A DNA stretch of 19,170 nucleotides from Chthoniobacteraceae bacterium (GTDB lineage: Bacteria; Verrucomicrobiota; Verrucomicrobiia; Chthoniobacterales; Chthoniobacteraceae): the NCBI GenBank assembly GCA_031409655.1, contig JANNXQ010000136.1, forward strand, positions 1 through 19,170. Direction: 5' to 3'. Position numbers and translations under genes: made by a program. Shown here one piece after another: positions 15,486-19,170 of this stretch (position 1 is the stretch's first letter; each line of letters begins with the position of its first letter). The notes under the pieces were generated by a model, which saw only the letters and a program-made list of their open reading frames with translations, was not told the DNA's origin and did not search any database.

Positions 15486-17129
15486 TCACCCCTTCTGCGC
15501 TTCGGCCACCGCGGCGCGGTCGAATTTCATCTGCGGGCCTTTTTCGCCGCCGATCCAATCCTGCACGTCGAAGAACATGATGAAGACCATGAAGCCAATG
15601 ATCACCAGGGCGCAAGCGGTCTGGACGTATTCGAGGATGCGCACATTGACGGGGCGTTTGCGGATGCCTTCGACGATCGCCAGGGTGATGTGGCCGCCGT
15701 CGAGGACCGGGATCGGGAGCAGGTTGAGCAGGGCGAGATTCACGTTCAGCACGACGCTGAACCAGAGGGCGAGCCGCCAGCCTTCCTTGCTTTCAAACAT
15801 CATGTAATAGGCGCGCATCATCATCACCGGACCGCCCATGTGCTGCATGCCGATGCTCGATTTCTGCGAGAAGACGGCACCGAGGGTATCGACGATCATC
15901 ATCACGCTCTTGTGGAGTTGCTCGCCGGGCGCGGGGTGGATGACTTGAAACTGGCCCATCTGGTCCCAGATGATGCTGTCGTCCTGCGCCCATTCGATGC
16001 CGAGGCGCGGGGTTTCCTGACCGACCGGCGGGACCGGTGTGACCTTGATCTTCGCCGGAGCGCCCTCGCGCTCGATGGCGAGTTCGATGGCTTTGCCGGC
16101 ATTCTTTTGCACGTACTCCGAGATGCCGATGGAGACGCGCAGCGGAGTGCCATCGACGCCAACGACGCGGTCCCCCGCTTTGACGCCGGCGACCTCCGCC
16201 GGGCTGTCTTTCGCCACGGCGCCGATGCGGGCACCATTCGGAGTGAAGGGGAGCTTCAGCGTTTGATCACCCCGCTGGACGGTCAGCGTGAGCGGCTGTC
16301 CAGGGCTGCTGGCCGCGGCTTCGATGATGTTAAACTCGCTGTAGATGCGCTTGCCGTTTACCTCGGACACGAGGTCGTTCGGCTGCAAGCCAGCGCGAGA
16401 CGCCGGGCTGTCCGGCAGGATCTTGGCGACCATCGGCGTCTCGGCGGGGCCGACTTGGATCTGTCGCAAGCCGCGCCGCTGCCACCAGTCCGTGGTCGGA
16501 ATCTTCGGAGTGACCTCGAGATCCATCGTCTTCCCAGCGCGCTCAATCTTGATCGGAATGGTCGCGCCCTCACTGCGGACGATGCGCCAGGTGATGCTGT
16601 CCGAGCCCATGCCCCCAAAGCGCGAGACGGGGCTGCCGTCCACGGCCAAAATCTTGTCGCCAATTTGCAGACCGGCTTTCGCGGCGGGCGAGTTGTCGCC
16701 GACCATCCCGATGACCGTGGTGGCCTCCCCTTCCCCCACCGGACGACCGACTTGCCAGACGATGACGGCGAAGAAAGCCGCGAGCAGGAAGCTGAAGAGC
16801 GGGCCGGCAAAGGCGACGATGATCTTATCCATCACCGAGATCGCCGGGAGTTGCTCACGCGAAAGCTCGGTCTTGCCTTCCATCACTTCCATGGGCGCGA
16901 GCTGCGGCAGTTTCACAAAGCCGCCGAAGGGGATCGAGCCCCAGCTATAGACCACACCGTTGATCGTCTTTTTCCAGAGCGGCTTGCCAAACCACAGGCC
17001 GAATTCCTCAACGACCAAGCCCCGCCAGCGGGCCGCGAGGAAGTGTCCGAGTTCGTGGACGATGATCATCAAGTTGAAGACCAGCAGGACTTCGAGGCAG
17101 ATGCCGATGATTTTGAGGATGTGGAGCAT
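15486..17129 (-). CDS. rseP: RIP metalloprotease RseP (site-2 protease, M50) with three PDZ domains
   Basis: HELGH zinc motif, IPFGGFVKL, FAGPLFS and NLALLNLLPIPVLDGGH. Three SPA..AG...D PDZ motifs. Lies upstream of ispG. Confidence 0.95.
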   Translation of the reverse strand: MLHILKIIGICLEVLLVFNLMIIVHELGHFLAARWRGLVVEEFGLWFGKPLWKKTINGVVYSWGSIPFGGFVKLPQLAPMEVMEGKTELSREQLPAISVMDKIIVAFAGPLFSFLLAAFFAVIVWQVGRPVGEGEATTVIGMVGDNSPAAKAGLQIGDKILAVDGSPVSRFGGMGSDSITWRIVRSEGATIPIKIERAGKTMDLEVTPKIPTTDWWQRRGLRQIQVGPAETPMVAKILPDSPASRAGLQPNDLVSEVNGKRIYSEFNIIEAAASSPGQPLTLTVQRGDQTLKLPFTPNGARIGAVAKDSPAEVAGVKAGDRVVGVDGTPLRVSIGISEYVQKNAGKAIELAIEREGAPAKIKVTPVPPVGQETPRLGIEWAQDDSIIWDQMGQFQVIHPAPGEQLHKSVMMIVDTLGAVFSQKSSIGMQHMGGPVMMMRAYYMMFESKEGWRLALWFSVVLNVNLALLNLLPIPVLDGGHITLAIVEGIRKRPVNVRILEYVQTACALVIIGFMVFIMFFDVQDWIGGEKGPQMKFDRAAVAEAQKG

Positions 17130-17268
17130 GAAGGAGGGCTAAAGGATAGAGGATGCGGCGTGAGTCAAGAGCATGATGCCAGCCGAGTCCGAGGCGAAGC
17201 GCGAACGCAACGCCGCACGCCGCTGCACCTGCCGCCCGTCTCAACGAGGCGGTGCGCCGGGCAGGCGG

Positions 17269-19170
17269 TCACCCGCAGCGGCGGGTCTCGCGCCGGTGGG
17301 CCGCCGACTTCCGGCGCTCGCGCCAGCCGGCGAGGCCGAACATGGCGAGTCCGACCAGGACACTCGACGGCTCCGGCACCGGGACCAATTCGCCCGCTCC
17401 GCCGGGGAGAAATCCGCCGATGCCGACGAAACCCGAACCCGCACCGCTGAAGAACGAGATCTGGGAAAGCTGCGTGGAGGTGAGCCCGCCGTCGGTCAGG
17501 TTCCAGGGGTGGTCCGCCGTGCCGAAGAAGAGATGGTCGCTGCCGCTGGTCCAGTTGTAGATCGAGAGCGTCCCGGTCCAGCCCGGCACATGGCTGTCGC
17601 CGAACTGTAGCGTCCCGTTGCCATTGCCTAAGTCGATGATGGAACTGGCCGACAGCGTGAGCGCGCCGACGGTCTCCGAGAGGCCCGCAGTATGGAAGGT
17701 GCCGCCCAGAAGCGTGACGGTCGCACTGTTGTTGATGCGGTCGCCGGAGCCACTCAGCAGCAAGGTGCCGCCGGTGTTCACGGTGACACTCACGGTCGCG
17801 CCGAGGGCCGCCGCTCCGCCTGCTTCCAGGGTGCCGCCGCTGATGATCGTCGCACCGCTGTAGGTATTCGCGCCGGTGAGCTTCATCGTGCCTGCGTCGG
17901 TCTTCGTCAGCGCGCCGTTTTGAATCGAGGCAGAGACGAGCAGATCAACTGCCGCCGAGCCGTTGTTCACCGACCAAGTGCGCGTACCGCCATTCATGTC
18001 GATGCGGCCCGCGAACGCGGCCGCGCCTCCGCTCAAGATCTGCGCCGTGCCGGCAGTCAGCGTGGGATCCACCGTCACGTCCTGCCGGAGAAGAATCTCG
18101 CCAGGGCTCGCGTCGTCGGAGAGCAGCGTGAGCGTGGGGCTGGCGGTACCGCCGAAGAAAAGGCCGATGGCGCCCGTGCCAGTCTGCACTCGCAGGAGGC
18201 CGTCCGGCTGCACGGTGTTGGTCCCGCCGGTAATGATCCAGTGCTTGTCCGAGATCAGACCTCCCGTGGAGATCGTAGTAGTCCCGCCAGACAATGTGAC
18301 TGTGGGTCCGACCGCGATGATGGCATTGGCGTCGGTGACGACGCTGCCGTCGCCGGAAACCAGGAGCGTGTGGATGATCTCGGAGAGGCCACTGCCGACG
18401 AAGCCAAGCGACCCGCTCGCTACCTCGACCGAAGCGGTATCCCCGATTTGCTCGTTGGCGGCGATTTCCACCCGACCGCCGGTGATACGGATGTCGGGAA
18501 TCGTGCCCGGCACGCCATCGGTGGGAATGGCAGTGTTCGGCGTGGGGCTGGCCAAGACCACCCTGCCTTCGCGCGCTTCAAAAGGGCCCGGAAAGGTGTT
18601 CGCGCCGGTGAACCTTACCGTGCCGTCACCGGTTTTGGTCACCCCGCCGTTTTGGAGCGAGGCCGACACGTCCAGATCGACATCGGAGGAGCCGTTGTTC
18701 ACCGCGAAAGTGATGGTGACGCCGTCCATGTCGATGCGGCCCGGAAGCGTTCCGGGACCTTCGCTCCGAATCCTTGCGGTTCCGGAGGTCAGGGTGTTAT
18801 CCACCGTCACGTTCTGCTGGAGGAGGATCACGCCGGGGGTCGTCGCGTCGGCAACCAGCCTGATCGTGGGGCTGGCCGTGCCGCCGAAGATGAGTCCAGT
18901 GGTGCCGGCGCCACTTTCCACCCGCAGGCGACCGCCGCGTTCCACCGTGTTAATGCCGCCGGTGACCTCCGGGCGTTTGCTCGAAACCTCACCACCGGGG
19001 GCGATGGTGCTGGTGCCGCCGGCCCAGATGACGGTATTGACGGCAGCCGTATTGGCCCCGGTGTTGAAGTCACCACCGAGGTTGCGGAGCCGGGCGATGG
19101 TTTCGGTGTCACCGATGCCGGTCAGGATCCAGTGGCCGTTTATGAGGACCAGCGCGCCGCGATCCCCGAT
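17269..19170 (-). CDS. PEP-CTERM-sorted surface protein with autotransporter-associated beta-strand repeats (5' end outside window)
   Basis: The frame stays open from 18945 to the window edge (IGDRGALVLING...GGINTV). It has VTKTGDGTVRFTGANTF and LTKTDAGTMKLTGANTYSGAT repeats and ends VPEPSSVLVGLAMFGLAGWRERRK. Confidence 0.92.
   Translation of the reverse strand: MGDRGALVLINGHWILTGIGDTETIARLRNLGGDFNTGANTAAVNTVIWAGGTSTIAPGGEVSSKRPEVTGGINTVERGGRLRVESGAGTTGLIFGGTASPTIRLVADATTPGVILLQQNVTVDNTLTSGTARIRSEGPGTLPGRIDMDGVTITFAVNNGSSDVDLDVSASLQNGGVTKTGDGTVRFTGANTFPGPFEAREGRVVLASPTPNTAIPTDGVPGTIPDIRITGGRVEIAANEQIGDTASVEVASGSLGFVGSGLSEIIHTLLVSGDGSVVTDANAIIAVGPTVTLSGGTTTISTGGLISDKHWIITGGTNTVQPDGLLRVQTGTGAIGLFFGGTASPTLTLLSDDASPGEILLRQDVTVDPTLTAGTAQILSGGAAAFAGRIDMNGGTRTWSVNNGSAAVDLLVSASIQNGALTKTDAGTMKLTGANTYSGATIISGGTLEAGGAAALGATVSVTVNTGGTLLLSGSGDRINNSATVTLLGGTFHTAGLSETVGALTLSASSIIDLGNGNGTLQFGDSHVPGWTGTLSIYNWTSGSDHLFFGTADHPWNLTDGGLTSTQLSQISFFSGAGSGFVGIGGFLPGGAGELVPVPEPSSVLVGLAMFGLAGWRERRKSAAHRRETRRCG
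17869..19170 (-). repeat. Internal tandem duplication, 732-nt (244-aa) period, in the PEP-CTERM protein
   Basis: Matching anchors are offset by exactly 732 nt: 17869/18601, 17959/18691, 17996/18728, 18069/18801 and 18133/18865. Confidence 0.85.

Noticed and set aside
17130..17268. Possible terminator and sigma70 promoter between the PEP-CTERM gene and rseP
   Set aside because: The hairpins are imperfect with no U-tract, and TTGACT and TATCCT are only 14 nt apart.

Overview
High-GC bacterial window, probably from Verrucomicrobiota. This is inferred from a PEP-CTERM tail ending WRERR, a long-form IspG and leaders that mostly lack a Shine-Dalgarno. Left to right it holds: dnaA (+), with a perfect DnaA box over its start codon and no downstream dnaN; a converging STAS-mlaE-mlaF-mlaD (MCE transporter) cluster (-); and a nitrogen-scavenging module on the - strand, transcribed as an NrtA/CmpA (NasS-like) protein without a signal peptide, urtABCDE, formamidase fmdA and fmdB. 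A LysR regulator is divergent from that module across a 146-bp spacer containing a sigma54-type -24/-12 motif and two palindromes. Next come a 162-bp MITE-like element with a CTAA duplication at the ispG stop codon and a nested REP-doublet hairpin, then ispG and rseP (-), and a 5'-truncated PEP-CTERM surface protein with a 732-nt internal duplication. The best candidate for an undescribed system is the LysR plus cytoplasmic NasS-like sensor, lacking the NasT/ANTAR partner in this window, placed at the head of an amide/urea uptake and formamidase operon. urtE carries an apparent 1-nt frameshift near its 3' end. All calls come from reading motifs by eye; no searches were run.
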